A stretch of DNA of 64,000 nt from a virus, in IMG/VR virus record IMGVR_UViG_3300046786_000748, positions 40,994 through 104,993 of that record; one strand, given 5' to 3'. A model generated the notes under the pieces. That model had not been told where the DNA came from and did no database searches. It was given only the letters and a program-made list of their open reading frames with translations. Numbering within the stretch: position 1 is the first letter of the stretch; each line of letters starts with the position of its first letter. A program made the translations under genes and the position numbers. Positions 9,263-18,021 of the stretch are shown one piece after another.

Positions 9263-10552
9263 TTACTTTTTCGCAGGAATACCAGCGAGCTTCTGGAATC
9301 TCTGTGCCATCTGATTAACACCTTCGGTGATAACCTCTTTAGATGGTTTCGTTGACGCTACAGGCTTGGATGCTGCACCCTCGGTGATCGTAGTAACTTG
9401 ATTGATTGGGTTCTGCGAGAGAGCCTTTCTCTTCAAGTTTCCACCAAGATTTAATGATTCACACCAATTTGCGTATGTCATCTTAACTTCACGAACGCAT
9501 TTTGTAAGATCAAATGCTTCCACGACCTTTGTTTTTTGGTCACGGTTCATACCAAACTCCTTAAACAGCTTGTTCGTGTAAAGCAGTTTTGCGTTTAGTA
9601 GATTGATCTCATTAAGTTGTTTCTGTAAATACTCTACAGTCTTGTAGGCTTCATTACGTTCAGAAGTTACTTCATTAAGTTGAGTTTGAAGAGCAACGGT
9701 TTCATCACACTTCTCTTCCTTATCGTCTTCTTCCTTCTCTTCTTCCTTCTCTTCTTTAGCCTCTTCATTGAGACTTGCGAGTAATTCATTCAAATCAATT
9801 TCTTCCTCTTCCATAGGAGCTGGTTCCTCAGTTGGAGGAGCACCGGCGTCTGGTCCACCCATTGGAGGAACTTCGCCGCCTGGAGGAGGAGGCGTTCCAC
9901 CAACAGGAGCTTCAACCTTAGAAATTACAACAGTGTCACCACTCTTGATTTCTTGAGATTCTTCGCCTGGGGTTTCTTCGCCTGGAACTTCATCGTCACC
10001 TGGAACTGGAGGTCCGCCGGCGTCACCACCTGGAACTGGAGGCATGTCATCCATAGGAGCAGCACCAGCTTCGGCTTCAAGCTCACGAATAATTTCATCC
10101 AAATCTTCGTTTGTTACAGTTTCTTCAACTGATTCCTCTTCAACAGCACCTTCTGTTGCGTTTTCTTTAACTCCTTTGGGAGTTCCGTCAAATGCGTTAC
10201 CTTTGTTATCCTTAGACCAACCTTTGGTTCCATCTCCACCGTCTTTAGCAGAAGGAATTGTGTTTGGGGTGATGTTTTTATCGGTAGGTTTTGGACCTGC
10301 GTTGTCTTTAGACCAACTCTTAGTGCCATCGTTCTTAGATGGTTTTGCATCCTTTGGTTCTACAGTTTCAGCAACAGGGGCATCGACTGATGGTTGGGAT
10401 TCGGTTGCAGAATCTTCTCTCAATTTATCTGCAAATACAGCCGAAAAACGACTGTTAAAAGCTTCCTCAAGGGATGCTTTAGCATTTGCTAATGCTGTGG
10501 CTCTAACGGCCTTTGCATCGGCAATAGCTTCTTTTAATAGATTACTATTCAT
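9263..10552 (-). CDS. Prohead scaffold/core protein
   Basis: Directly upstream of the capsid gene; acidic, Pro/Gly-rich disorder plus coiled coil (LNEINLLNAKLLY); many L/V-x-E sites; ends FQKLAGI. Confidence 0.8.
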   Translation of the reverse strand: MNSNLLKEAIADAKAVRATALANAKASLEEAFNSRFSAVFADKLREDSATESQPSVDAPVAETVEPKDAKPSKNDGTKSWSKDNAGPKPTDKNITPNTIPSAKDGGDGTKGWSKDNKGNAFDGTPKGVKENATEGAVEEESVEETVTNEDLDEIIRELEAEAGAAPMDDMPPVPGGDAGGPPVPGDDEVPGEETPGEESQEIKSGDTVVISKVEAPVGGTPPPPGGEVPPMGGPDAGAPPTEEPAPMEEEEIDLNELLASLNEEAKEEKEEEKEEDDKEEKCDETVALQTQLNEVTSERNEAYKTVEYLQKQLNEINLLNAKLLYTNKLFKEFGMNRDQKTKVVEAFDLTKCVREVKMTYANWCESLNLGGNLKRKALSQNPINQVTTITEGAASKPVASTKPSKEVITEGVNQMAQRFQKLAGIPAKK

Positions 10553-10728
10553 AATTACAAGTTTCCTACTTTTGTTTCTGGGGTTATTAGAAGAACCACA
10601 ATTTAAGTTAATTTATTTGTGGCGGCGAAGAAGTCGCAGCATTTTTACAAATATAAATATAGAAGAAAAAATCAAAATTATAAAAAACTTCAAGATATTT
10701 ATTGATAACCGTATCTAAATGTAAACAT

Positions 10729-11436
10729 ATGCCCGCCAAAAGTGAAAAACAACGTAGATTTTTCTACTTGGTAAAAGCCCTTCAAAAAGGAAAGGTTTCA
10801 CCAAAAAGAGTTGGTAGTAAAGTTTCCAAAGCAGCATCATCTATGTCATCTAAAGATGTTGATGATTTTACTCATGGAAAAAACCTACCTAAGAAAAAAC
10901 TAGAAGAAATTATAGGAGTGTTAAAAAACTTATCGGCTAACGATGAAAATCCAGCCTTTCAAGATCCTGTAACCGATTTAAGAACAGGAGTTGCGAATCC
11001 AGATTTAACTTTGGAAAACCAATTTGATGATCCAAATCAAACCGAACAAAACCCTATAGCTAAAACTTTTAATCAACAAGGTAACTTTGAAGAATATATT
11101 GGAAAGTTTTCTGGACTAGAACTAAAACCGAAAGAAATAGAATCCATTACTAATTATACTAATGCTAAGCCTACTAAGATGGATAAATTCTTAGTTAGAT
11201 ATGAATCAACAGACGAGTTTAATAACAACACTATAACCGTAGTTAAAAAATTAAGAGAAGGCACAGATTTAGTATTTACTATTTTTCAATCATCTACACA
11301 ACAAGGTGGAACGGAACCTCAAGGTGAAGAACCAACAGGACAAAACGAAATTATAGTAACTAAATCTCGTTCGTTTGTTAATGAAATTGAAGGTGGTAAA
11401 ATTTTAGCAGACTTATTACAGAAATTGGACGTATGA
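10729..11436 (+). CDS. Hypothetical protein with DUF3008-like N-terminus
   Basis: MPAKSEKQRRF...SMSSKDVDDF resembles the DUF3008 pattern. Start moved from 10702 to ATG 10729; TATTTATT at 10696. Confidence 0.6.
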   Translation: MPAKSEKQRRFFYLVKALQKGKVSPKRVGSKVSKAASSMSSKDVDDFTHGKNLPKKKLEEIIGVLKNLSANDENPAFQDPVTDLRTGVANPDLTLENQFDDPNQTEQNPIAKTFNQQGNFEEYIGKFSGLELKPKEIESITNYTNAKPTKMDKFLVRYESTDEFNNNTITVVKKLREGTDLVFTIFQSSTQQGGTEPQGEEPTGQNEIIVTKSRSFVNEIEGGKILADLLQKLDV

Positions 11437-11801
11437 TAAAATTAAAACAACTACTAAAAGAAGTTGACGAGGATAAAAACTCAAACATTGCTTCTGTTGA
11501 AGATGAACGGGAATGGAAAATGCCCGATGTCGATCATATGCTTTCTATGAAATTTGAAAGAGAAGGAGATTCGGTTTTTATTCTAGCAAATCCAGCGATG
11601 AAGGTTTATAAGATAAAAAACGGACCTTTTGTTTTGGAAGAACCTATAGAAAATCACGAACACAATTTTCAAAAAGGAATTGTTTCACCTATAAAACCAC
11701 ACGGATTAGCAGCATTTAACCAAAGTAAACAAATCAAAAAGTATGAGTTTCCAACATTTATCAAACTCATAAGATTTTTCGATAACTATAAACAAGATTA
11801 A
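11433..11801 (+). CDS. Hypothetical protein with MIKLKQLLKE leader
   Basis: ATGA overlap with upstream gene; shared leader motif. Confidence 0.75.
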   Translation: MIKLKQLLKEVDEDKNSNIASVEDEREWKMPDVDHMLSMKFEREGDSVFILANPAMKVYKIKNGPFVLEEPIENHEHNFQKGIVSPIKPHGLAAFNQSKQIKKYEFPTFIKLIRFFDNYKQD

Positions 11802-11827
11802 GGATTTTGAACAATATTTATAAACGT

Positions 11828-12814
11828 ATGAAACTCAAAAAGATTGTAGAAAACATGGACAAAATGCCTTCGACATTGAAGGGATTTAATGAGTCGCCAA
11901 AACTTTCTCCTGAACAAAAGAGAAAATTAATGGAAATGGTAGGTCAATATAACACCCTCGGACAGAAATTAAGAATGGAAGGTGCTTTGATTGAAACTGC
12001 CACAGCTTTAGCTGAAATAGCCGAACTAGCAGAAACCTATGCTTGTAATGAAGCATCCGATTGGTTCGCAACTGAAGTGGTTAAAACCGATTTTAAACGA
12101 GCTAAGGGAATTACAGAAACATTTCAAAAACTCGCCCGTGAATGTCATGGTAAAGTTCAACAGTTGAATGCTCTTTATGAAGACATGGGACACATTCTTG
12201 GGCGTTATTATGAAATCGCCGACCCAATGGCCGAAGTCTGTCCAAATCCAACAAATGTTAAGAGTCAACGTGGTTTGCCAAATGCACAACCTCAGACAAT
12301 CATGCAGGAAGTTAAACCTAATGATAAAAATATCAAATCTCAAAGACAACTCCCATCCGGCGGTTCTGCTCCAACGCAAGTAAAAGAAGTTGCTGTTGAC
12401 GATAAACACGCAAACATCAAAGGACAACGTGAACTTCCTCACACCAACGGCCCAGCAACGCCTCAAGTAAAAGAAGTTGCTGTTGATGACAAACACGCTA
12501 ATGTTAAAGGTCAACGAGATTTGCCTTCTGGCGGACCTACTCCTTATCATCCACCAAAAGATCCACAAGATACCGGTTCAGTTAAAGAAGTAACTGTAAA
12601 TGATTCCAATCTTCAATCTCAACGTGAACTTCCACAAGGCGGTCCAGAAGGATATACACCACCCAAGTTAGAAAATCCAAGCCCAGAAGTAAATCCTGCT
12701 GGTGCTGGTGAAATGAATGTTAAAGGTGAAAGAGATGTTCCACAAGGAGGACCATCTAAAGATGTCGCTTATGAGTCTTTTAGATTCAAAGACATTCTAA
12801 AATCAATTAAGTAA
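11828..12814 (+). CDS. Helical protein with six C-terminal peptide repeats, putative internal head protein
   Basis: ATG 11828 follows TATTTATA (11815-11822); leader MKLKKIVE; repeats N(I/V)K(G/S)QRxLP separated by xxE-V. Confidence 0.75.
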   Translation: MKLKKIVENMDKMPSTLKGFNESPKLSPEQKRKLMEMVGQYNTLGQKLRMEGALIETATALAEIAELAETYACNEASDWFATEVVKTDFKRAKGITETFQKLARECHGKVQQLNALYEDMGHILGRYYEIADPMAEVCPNPTNVKSQRGLPNAQPQTIMQEVKPNDKNIKSQRQLPSGGSAPTQVKEVAVDDKHANIKGQRELPHTNGPATPQVKEVAVDDKHANVKGQRDLPSGGPTPYHPPKDPQDTGSVKEVTVNDSNLQSQRELPQGGPEGYTPPKLENPSPEVNPAGAGEMNVKGERDVPQGGPSKDVAYESFRFKDILKSIK

Positions 12815-12838
12815 TCTGTTGAGTCATATTCATACTAG

Positions 12839-12865
12839 AAGACCGTCAGAAATGACGGTCTTTTT
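12839..12865. terminator. Terminator between convergent genes
   Basis: aagaccgtca-gaaa-tgacggtctt followed by T run. Confidence 0.8.
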
Positions 12866-13265
12866 ATTTTGGCCAAATATAAGGCAAATCAGGAGGTTCA
12901 TTCCACCCAAACTGACCATACCAAATTGGATTTTTCCTAATCAAATTTGATCGATGTGATGCGTGGAACTTGTCATCACCAAACCAATTTGGTAATCCTG
13001 TATCAGTAAATTTAGACATTTCCATTTTAATTCTTTCAATCACTGCTGGATAAGGTTTGCCTCTTTCTTCTAAAATTTGACATCCAGCGAGGAGATATAG
13101 ACCAAGTTGATATTCATAACCACGCCACATTTTTGAAGCAGGGTGATTCTTCCAACCGCCTCGTATCAATGTATATCCTTCACGCCATATCTGATTCCCC
13201 AAACGAGTTCTATCAAGAACTCGCATGGATTCTAAGAAATTTGGTAATGGAAGAAATGTTTGCAT
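12864..13265 (-). CDS. Pyrimidine-dimer DNA glycosylase family protein (MSMEG_6728-like)
   Basis: MQTFLP..LD..RLG.Q..E...HPA.KMWRGYE...HASHRSNL.RK.P..Y...YIWP. Start set at MQTFLP. Confidence 0.8.
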   Translation of the reverse strand: MQTFLPLPNFLESMRVLDRTRLGNQIWREGYTLIRGGWKNHPASKMWRGYEYQLGLYLLAGCQILEERGKPYPAVIERIKMEMSKFTDTGLPNWFGDDKFHASHRSNLIRKNPIWYGQFGWNEPPDLPYIWPK

Positions 13266-13266
13266 A

Positions 13267-13482
13267 TCAAAACGGAACATCTCCAGTTGGTACAGACCCT
13301 AATGAAATAGGAAAGTCTCCACGACCATACCACTTTTCTCTAACATTAACAGTGGTGTCATAAGCATCAAGACATCCAACTAAATAATCGGCTAGAATAA
13401 AATCTGGAGTATTCGATCCGTTTTCCATTGAATATTTGTTTATTAGACGTTCAAGTTCTTTTTTAAATTCTTCTTTATTCAT
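13267..13482 (-). CDS. Small conserved phage hypothetical protein
   Basis: F..EL..LINKYSMENGSNTPDFILADYL pattern; tightly packed in operon. Confidence 0.7.
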   Translation of the reverse strand: MNKEEFKKELERLINKYSMENGSNTPDFILADYLVGCLDAYDTTVNVREKWYGRGDFPISLGSVPTGDVPF

Positions 13483-14006
13483 ACGTCAAATTCTTTTCCA
13501 TCTAGATAACCTTTCTTACCTAAGAAAGCATCTAAATATCTAATAGTAATACCGGCTTCGTTAAACATTTGTTTTGATCTGTGATAATGTTCTGCCCAAG
13601 GCCTACCTACAGTAGTAATTTGTGTTGAAATATCTTCCCACTGTTTGTGAAGAACAATTTCAACAATTCCGCAATTTACAACTCCTCTAGCACAATCCAC
13701 ACAAGGCATTCCTTGTGTATAAAGCATTCCACATTCTGTAGGAATACCAAATTTTGCTGCCATGTTAATAACATTTCTTTCAGCATGTTCCATCCAGTGA
13801 TACTTTTCAGGACGAACCATTCTTTCGGAGAGATCCTCAACTCCTCTACAAATGCCGTTAAATCCTTCAAGCGGAGCATATCCGTTTTTTACAAGAACCG
13901 CTCCAACTTTGGTTCGTGGATCTTTTGATTTACGAGCAATTTCATAAACCTTGCCCATAAATAATTCATCCCAAGTAGGCGGTATATAATTTTCAAATTC
14001 TTTCAT
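13479..14006 (-). CDS. cd: dCMP deaminase
   Basis: SKDPRTKVGAVLV, GFNG, HAERN, PCVDC zinc motifs. Confidence 0.92.
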   Translation of the reverse strand: MKEFENYIPPTWDELFMGKVYEIARKSKDPRTKVGAVLVKNGYAPLEGFNGICRGVEDLSERMVRPEKYHWMEHAERNVINMAAKFGIPTECGMLYTQGMPCVDCARGVVNCGIVEIVLHKQWEDISTQITTVGRPWAEHYHRSKQMFNEAGITIRYLDAFLGKKGYLDGKEFDV

Positions 14007-14703
14007 TAACAAAGATTACATCACAATCATCACATCCGTCAACATAATCTATCTGTTTTGCCTTTTCTACAAAACCAAATTGATTAAGATAATCACAAAC
14101 GTCTTTATAAGATGGTTGGTTTTTATATTTAGGTTTCCAACTACATTCTGCTTGAATGACAGATACATTTTTAATCATATCTTCAAACCCTTTAAAAACT
14201 TCTATTTCAAATCCTTGAACATCTATATAAACCAAATCTACTTTTTTTATGTTATTATTTAAACAATAAGTTTTCGCTTTAGCAATAGGAACGGCTTCTG
14301 CAAGAAGTTTTTTGTCAAATAACTCTAAATCAGAACATTCTTCTAAAAAAGAATTTAACCCAGGATTTCTAAACAAATTTAAAATCGCCGATCCATCTGA
14401 ATTTCCCAATCCACATAAAACTGATGTTATATTAGGAATACCGGAAACATTATCAAGAATCAATTTGAATGGTACCAGTGATGCTTCAAATAAAAAAACA
14501 TGAGATTTCGGAAGGTAGTTGCTCAACAAAATAGCTTCTACGCCATTTAAAGCGCCAATATTAAAAACAACATCCATTTTAATCGGATCAACAAATGTCA
14601 TCAAAAAATCTATCTGTTTTTTGATATTGTCAATTATAAGACCAAATTCACCGTTAAGATTATCATTATAATAAAGTAAATGATTAACTAAATGGTCTTT
14701 CAT
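13993..14703 (-). CDS. FkbM-family methyltransferase
   Basis: VFNIGALNG, LFEA, VDLVYIDVQGFEIEVFKG, IQAE; start probably ATG 14703. Confidence 0.85.
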   Translation of the reverse strand: MKDHLVNHLLYYNDNLNGEFGLIIDNIKKQIDFLMTFVDPIKMDVVFNIGALNGVEAILLSNYLPKSHVFLFEASLVPFKLILDNVSGIPNITSVLCGLGNSDGSAILNLFRNPGLNSFLEECSDLELFDKKLLAEAVPIAKAKTYCLNNNIKKVDLVYIDVQGFEIEVFKGFEDMIKNVSVIQAECSWKPKYKNQPSYKDVCDYLNQFGFVEKAKQIDYVDGCDDCDVIFVNERI

Positions 14704-14704
14704 T

Positions 14705-15220
14705 TTATTTTTTCCAAAATTTTCTGACAACCATTAAAATTTCTCCGAGTTTATTCTGTCCTTTTCCTTCATAAACTCCCCAACAAACATCTTTCCAATG
14801 ATTCGTTTCTTCAAGATAAGCATTATCTGTCGATAAAAGTTTTTCTCTTAACCCCTTGTGAACAGCAAATTTTTGAGTAACCAGTTGAAGCATAACATCA
14901 TATTTAACATTATCCCACTCCTTTTTATCCAATAACACACTGCCACCAAGTCTTTTAACTTCTTTAGCATTACACGTTGTAAAAGGTAAACGATCATGCG
15001 AATCAACCTTCGCAGCTTGATAAGCATGTTCCGTGGAGGGATACTTCAATCCTTCATACCAAATTCCCAATGGACATGGATAAAAGTTGCTCAAATAACG
15101 ATAATCTCCAAAAAACCCTTTGATTTCTTTTTCGGAATGAACCGCGTATTCCGGAACTTTTACTTCCGAAACATATTGTTTCTTATCAAGAGCTTTTTTG
15201 AGCAATTCAATTTCTGTCAT
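14705..15220 (-). CDS. NADAR (YbiA-like) ADP-ribose-processing protein
   Basis: YLSNFY, YPSTEHAYQAAK, KF..H..LREKLLST, LEE.N.W.D..WG....GQNKLGEILM.VR. Confidence 0.9.
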   Translation of the reverse strand: MTEIELLKKALDKKQYVSEVKVPEYAVHSEKEIKGFFGDYRYLSNFYPCPLGIWYEGLKYPSTEHAYQAAKVDSHDRLPFTTCNAKEVKRLGGSVLLDKKEWDNVKYDVMLQLVTQKFAVHKGLREKLLSTDNAYLEETNHWKDVCWGVYEGKGQNKLGEILMVVRKFWKK

Positions 15221-15449
15221 TTTTTGACCTTTCTTCTTTACATTCTTCATCTGCTTTTTTGATTGCATCAACCAATTCCTGCCCATCTCCCTTTTTGATT
15301 ATTTGAAGCGGCGTTAATCCTTTATAATCTTTCAAAGGAGTATTCAACCATTCTCGGACAACCGCATCTAAAAAGACAGATTTAACCTTTTTTATCATAA
15401 GGTTAATCTGCTCGGATTGAGAGAGTTCGTCTTTTTGTTTTTTATCCAT
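15207..15449 (-). CDS. Orphan DUF2384 (MbcA/ParS/Xre C-terminal) antitoxin-like protein
   Basis: VF...VREWLNTP...YKGLTPLQII..G..QELV matches the W-L-x-x-P...G-x-x-P toxin-binding domain pattern; no cognate toxin nearby. Confidence 0.6.
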   Translation of the reverse strand: MDKKQKDELSQSEQINLMIKKVKSVFLDAVVREWLNTPLKDYKGLTPLQIIKKGDGQELVDAIKKADEECKEERSKNDRN

Positions 15450-15450
15450 A

Positions 15451-15672
15451 TCAATCGCTCATATCAGCGTGATGAACATATTTACACTCATCACAAATTG
15501 TTACTACATCCGTACATCTATTCATATACTGCGAATTATCAAATTCCCGAGTTTTGTGTTTTGCTTCCATACACTCTTTGACTTTTGGATGATTCCATAA
15601 TTGCCATCCCAAATCAGTGTAATCAACGGGTTTAACAAAACGACCTGCGTTTGGATTTCTTATTAAGACCAT
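15451..15672 (-). CDS. Small Cys/His-containing hypothetical protein
   Basis: 73 aa with C..H, C, CxxC; own sigma70 promoter. Confidence 0.65.
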   Translation of the reverse strand: MVLIRNPNAGRFVKPVDYTDLGWQLWNHPKVKECMEAKHKTREFDNSQYMNRCTDVVTICDECKYVHHADMSD

Positions 15673-15678
15673 GATAAG

Positions 15679-15707
15679 ATAATAAACGAAAAAAGAGAGA
15701 ATGTCAA
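15679..15707 (-). promoter_or_regulatory. Sigma70-type promoter overlapping a terminator hairpin
   Basis: TTGACA-N17-TATTAT ending 6 nt before ATG 15672; the -35 box lies at the loop of aaaagagagaat-gtca-attctctctttt. Confidence 0.7.
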
Positions 15708-15722
15708 TTCTCTCTTTTTTGT

Positions 15723-16841
15723 TTAACGAAGACGTTTGATGTCGTGATATAAACCGTTGATTTTTTTAAAGTCAACTGTTTTTGGAAGTTTGGTGACTTT
15801 GTATGCTTCGTCCAATTTAACTTGCATTTCTTCGGCATACTCCATCACCTTATCATAACTCCAAGCACCCTTCTTGATTGATAAGATTTCGTCTCGATCT
15901 GGCCTTTTAACGATTACTTTGCCTTCCGTTAAGATTTCATAACCCATTCTCATCAACCTAACAAGGTGTGAAGCGTGTTTCGTGTCATATCCTGATTTCT
16001 CTTCAAGAACAGCACGTTCTTTGTTACGATTCTTCTTCCAGTTAACCCAAGACTGATATTTCTCAACCGATCTTTTATAAGCGTATTCAGCTTGAATCAA
16101 CTTAGCAACCTGTTCTGACAAACCAAGGTCATGAACAAGTTTTTGTTGAGCAGATAACCAATAGGCTTCCGGCCAATTATCCCAAGAAACAGATGCTCCA
16201 GAAACTTCTATGATTAACTCCCAGATAGTTTCTTTCAAATCATTTCTCGTCATTTCATCCAAAGGAAACTTGCTAAGGTTCCATTCTTCAAGCTTCTGCT
16301 TGACATACTTGTTAACCTCGTCAAATCCCCTCGGTGAAGTATCAGGAAGACCAAAATCGGCCCGAGAAGGCTCTTTTAATTCTCCTTCGACAATCCATTT
16401 TCGGTGTCTTTCGATTTTAGCTGCCTGAGCAAAGGCATATCCACTAAACGTGAACTTTGCTTTTGAACTCAAGAATAAATCTCTGTGTTCAAATAAAGAA
16501 GATATGCTCTTATGATACATCAACCTATCGCTTTCATGAGTCCACAATAACTCGATGATGTTTGGGTTAATGTTTGCTGCCAAGATAAAAAACTTTCTCA
16601 AAGAATAAACCGTAGACTCCAGTTTTGGGTTCTTGGGGTTCTTGAGATAAGCACATTGAACTTCAACATCAGGATGATTTTCCGCCTGTTCAAAGTGTTG
16701 AAACAAGTCGTTTTCCACTTCGTCCGGAGGAATACAAATCCCTTTAACGTCAACGTCAGAGGATTCCGTAGCAAGACCATACGCTCGACTTCCGTGGACC
16801 GTTAAATATACGAGATTGTCTTTTAACCAGTTAAGATTCAT
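15723..16841 (-). CDS. Pol-beta superfamily nucleotidyltransferase (RlaP / T4 NrdC.11-like)
   Basis: HGSRAYGLATESSDVDVKGI, NPNIIELLW, GYDTKHASHLVRL..MG.EIL..G...V.RPD; start probably ATG 16841. Confidence 0.85.
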   Translation of the reverse strand: MNLNWLKDNLVYLTVHGSRAYGLATESSDVDVKGICIPPDEVENDLFQHFEQAENHPDVEVQCAYLKNPKNPKLESTVYSLRKFFILAANINPNIIELLWTHESDRLMYHKSISSLFEHRDLFLSSKAKFTFSGYAFAQAAKIERHRKWIVEGELKEPSRADFGLPDTSPRGFDEVNKYVKQKLEEWNLSKFPLDEMTRNDLKETIWELIIEVSGASVSWDNWPEAYWLSAQQKLVHDLGLSEQVAKLIQAEYAYKRSVEKYQSWVNWKKNRNKERAVLEEKSGYDTKHASHLVRLMRMGYEILTEGKVIVKRPDRDEILSIKKGAWSYDKVMEYAEEMQVKLDEAYKVTKLPKTVDFKKINGLYHDIKRLR

Positions 16842-16848
16842 AATAACT

Positions 16849-16877
16849 ACTTTACAGTATAAAAACAGAAGAGTCAA
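16849..16877 (-). promoter_or_regulatory. Sigma70-type promoter heading the accessory island
   Basis: TTGACT-N17-TAAAGT ending 7 nt before ATG 16841. Confidence 0.65.
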
Positions 16878-16880
16878 ACA

Positions 16881-16909
16881 AAAAGCCCCTTCCGGTTAAG
16901 AAAGGGGCT
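16881..16909 (-). terminator. Terminator after prohead protease
   Basis: agcccctt...aaggggct hairpin with T run on the minus strand. Confidence 0.65.
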
Positions 16910-16931
16910 CAACAACAACATGAATTACAAT

Positions 16932-17549
16932 TTAAACGATTTCACTGAAAATGTCTTGAATGATACTTTCTGCTGTAACCCATTTTCCGTTAATTGGGTT
17001 TTGTACAACTTGTTTTACACCTTCTGTTAAAGCACCAGATGGAAACATAAATGCTCCTCTTGTTGAAGGATTGGAAACAAAATCAAAAGCAATCAATTCA
17101 AAATCGTCTTGAACCTGATCAACACCTTCGGAAATTTTCTTAATAGTTCCAAGACCACGACTGGAAATTCCAAGACGAATGTTGGAACGGAAAAGTTCTT
17201 TCAAGATGTTACCGCTTGGAGTTCCAAGAACTTCAACGGTTCCCATAAGATCTTTACCTTCCCAATGCATTTCAATTATGTTATGGGAAACGTTTTTGAG
17301 GTTAACTACTTGAGATTCTGGATGATCAAGTTCACCAAGAGCACGTCTTTCTTTTATAAAACCCTCTGTATATTTTTGGGCCTCACGCATTAGAGTTTCA
17401 TATGGATAACTACGTCCATTTTGGTTTGTGGCTTCTGCACGCTGGAGAATGCCCTTTACAACGAATGGACCTTTACCGGATAAGGCTTCGGTAAGAGTTT
17501 GTCTCAAAGGTTCAAACGTTATTACGTCAATTAAGAGTTTCTTTTCCAT
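16932..17549 (-). CDS. gp21: Prohead protease, T4 gp21-like
   Basis: N.NGR.Y, ALGELDHP, VSHNI, TPSG.I, LGISSRGLG, FDFVSNPST. Confidence 0.93.
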   Translation of the reverse strand: MEKKLLIDVITFEPLRQTLTEALSGKGPFVVKGILQRAEATNQNGRSYPYETLMREAQKYTEGFIKERRALGELDHPESQVVNLKNVSHNIIEMHWEGKDLMGTVEVLGTPSGNILKELFRSNIRLGISSRGLGTIKKISEGVDQVQDDFELIAFDFVSNPSTRGAFMFPSGALTEGVKQVVQNPINGKWVTAESIIQDIFSEIV

Positions 17550-17550
17550 A

Positions 17551-18021
17551 TTATCTTCCTAAAGCTGGTTGTTTACCTGCTCCAGTAGGTTGTTGACCTT
17601 GAGGGTTTACAGGCGGTTGTGAAGGTTGTTGAACCGTTGGTTCCGGTTGTTGTGGAGTTTCTGCTGCTCCTGGTTCTGGAGCAATACCACCACCAACAAC
17701 TTTAATTTTGTAACCGGCTGTTAAAAAATGTTCTTTGTTATTTTCGTTTTTCAATACAACAACCCAATCATCATAAAAGTCGTTTATATTGACGCCGGTA
17801 ACTCTACTAATTGTATAATCTTTGACAGGTTGTTTGTATCCTCTTGAGGCATTGACAACCACAGATTTGTTTAAAATTTTAGAAGCAAGAGCTTTTTCAA
17901 ACTTTGACTTAGCTTGTTCAGTTGTAGAGTTTATCGTGGATTTAAACGCATCAAAATCTCTGGTCCAGTCATAAAACTGTCCCTGATCAACCTGTTCAAG
18001 AATGTGGGATAAAAGCATCAT
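17551..18021 (-). CDS. Hypothetical protein in head module
   Basis: Leader MMLLSHILE; Gln/Pro-rich tail. Confidence 0.7.
   Translation of the reverse strand: MMLLSHILEQVDQGQFYDWTRDFDAFKSTINSTTEQAKSKFEKALASKILNKSVVVNASRGYKQPVKDYTISRVTGVNINDFYDDWVVVLKNENNKEHFLTAGYKIKVVGGGIAPEPGAAETPQQPEPTVQQPSQPPVNPQGQQPTGAGKQPALGR

Noticed and set aside
10044-10718. 224-aa plus-strand ORF
   Set aside because: Antisense shadow of the scaffold gene; Ser-rich sequence mirrors Glu codons.
12026-12568. 180-aa minus-strand ORF
   Set aside because: Antisense to the repeat protein; no independent signals.
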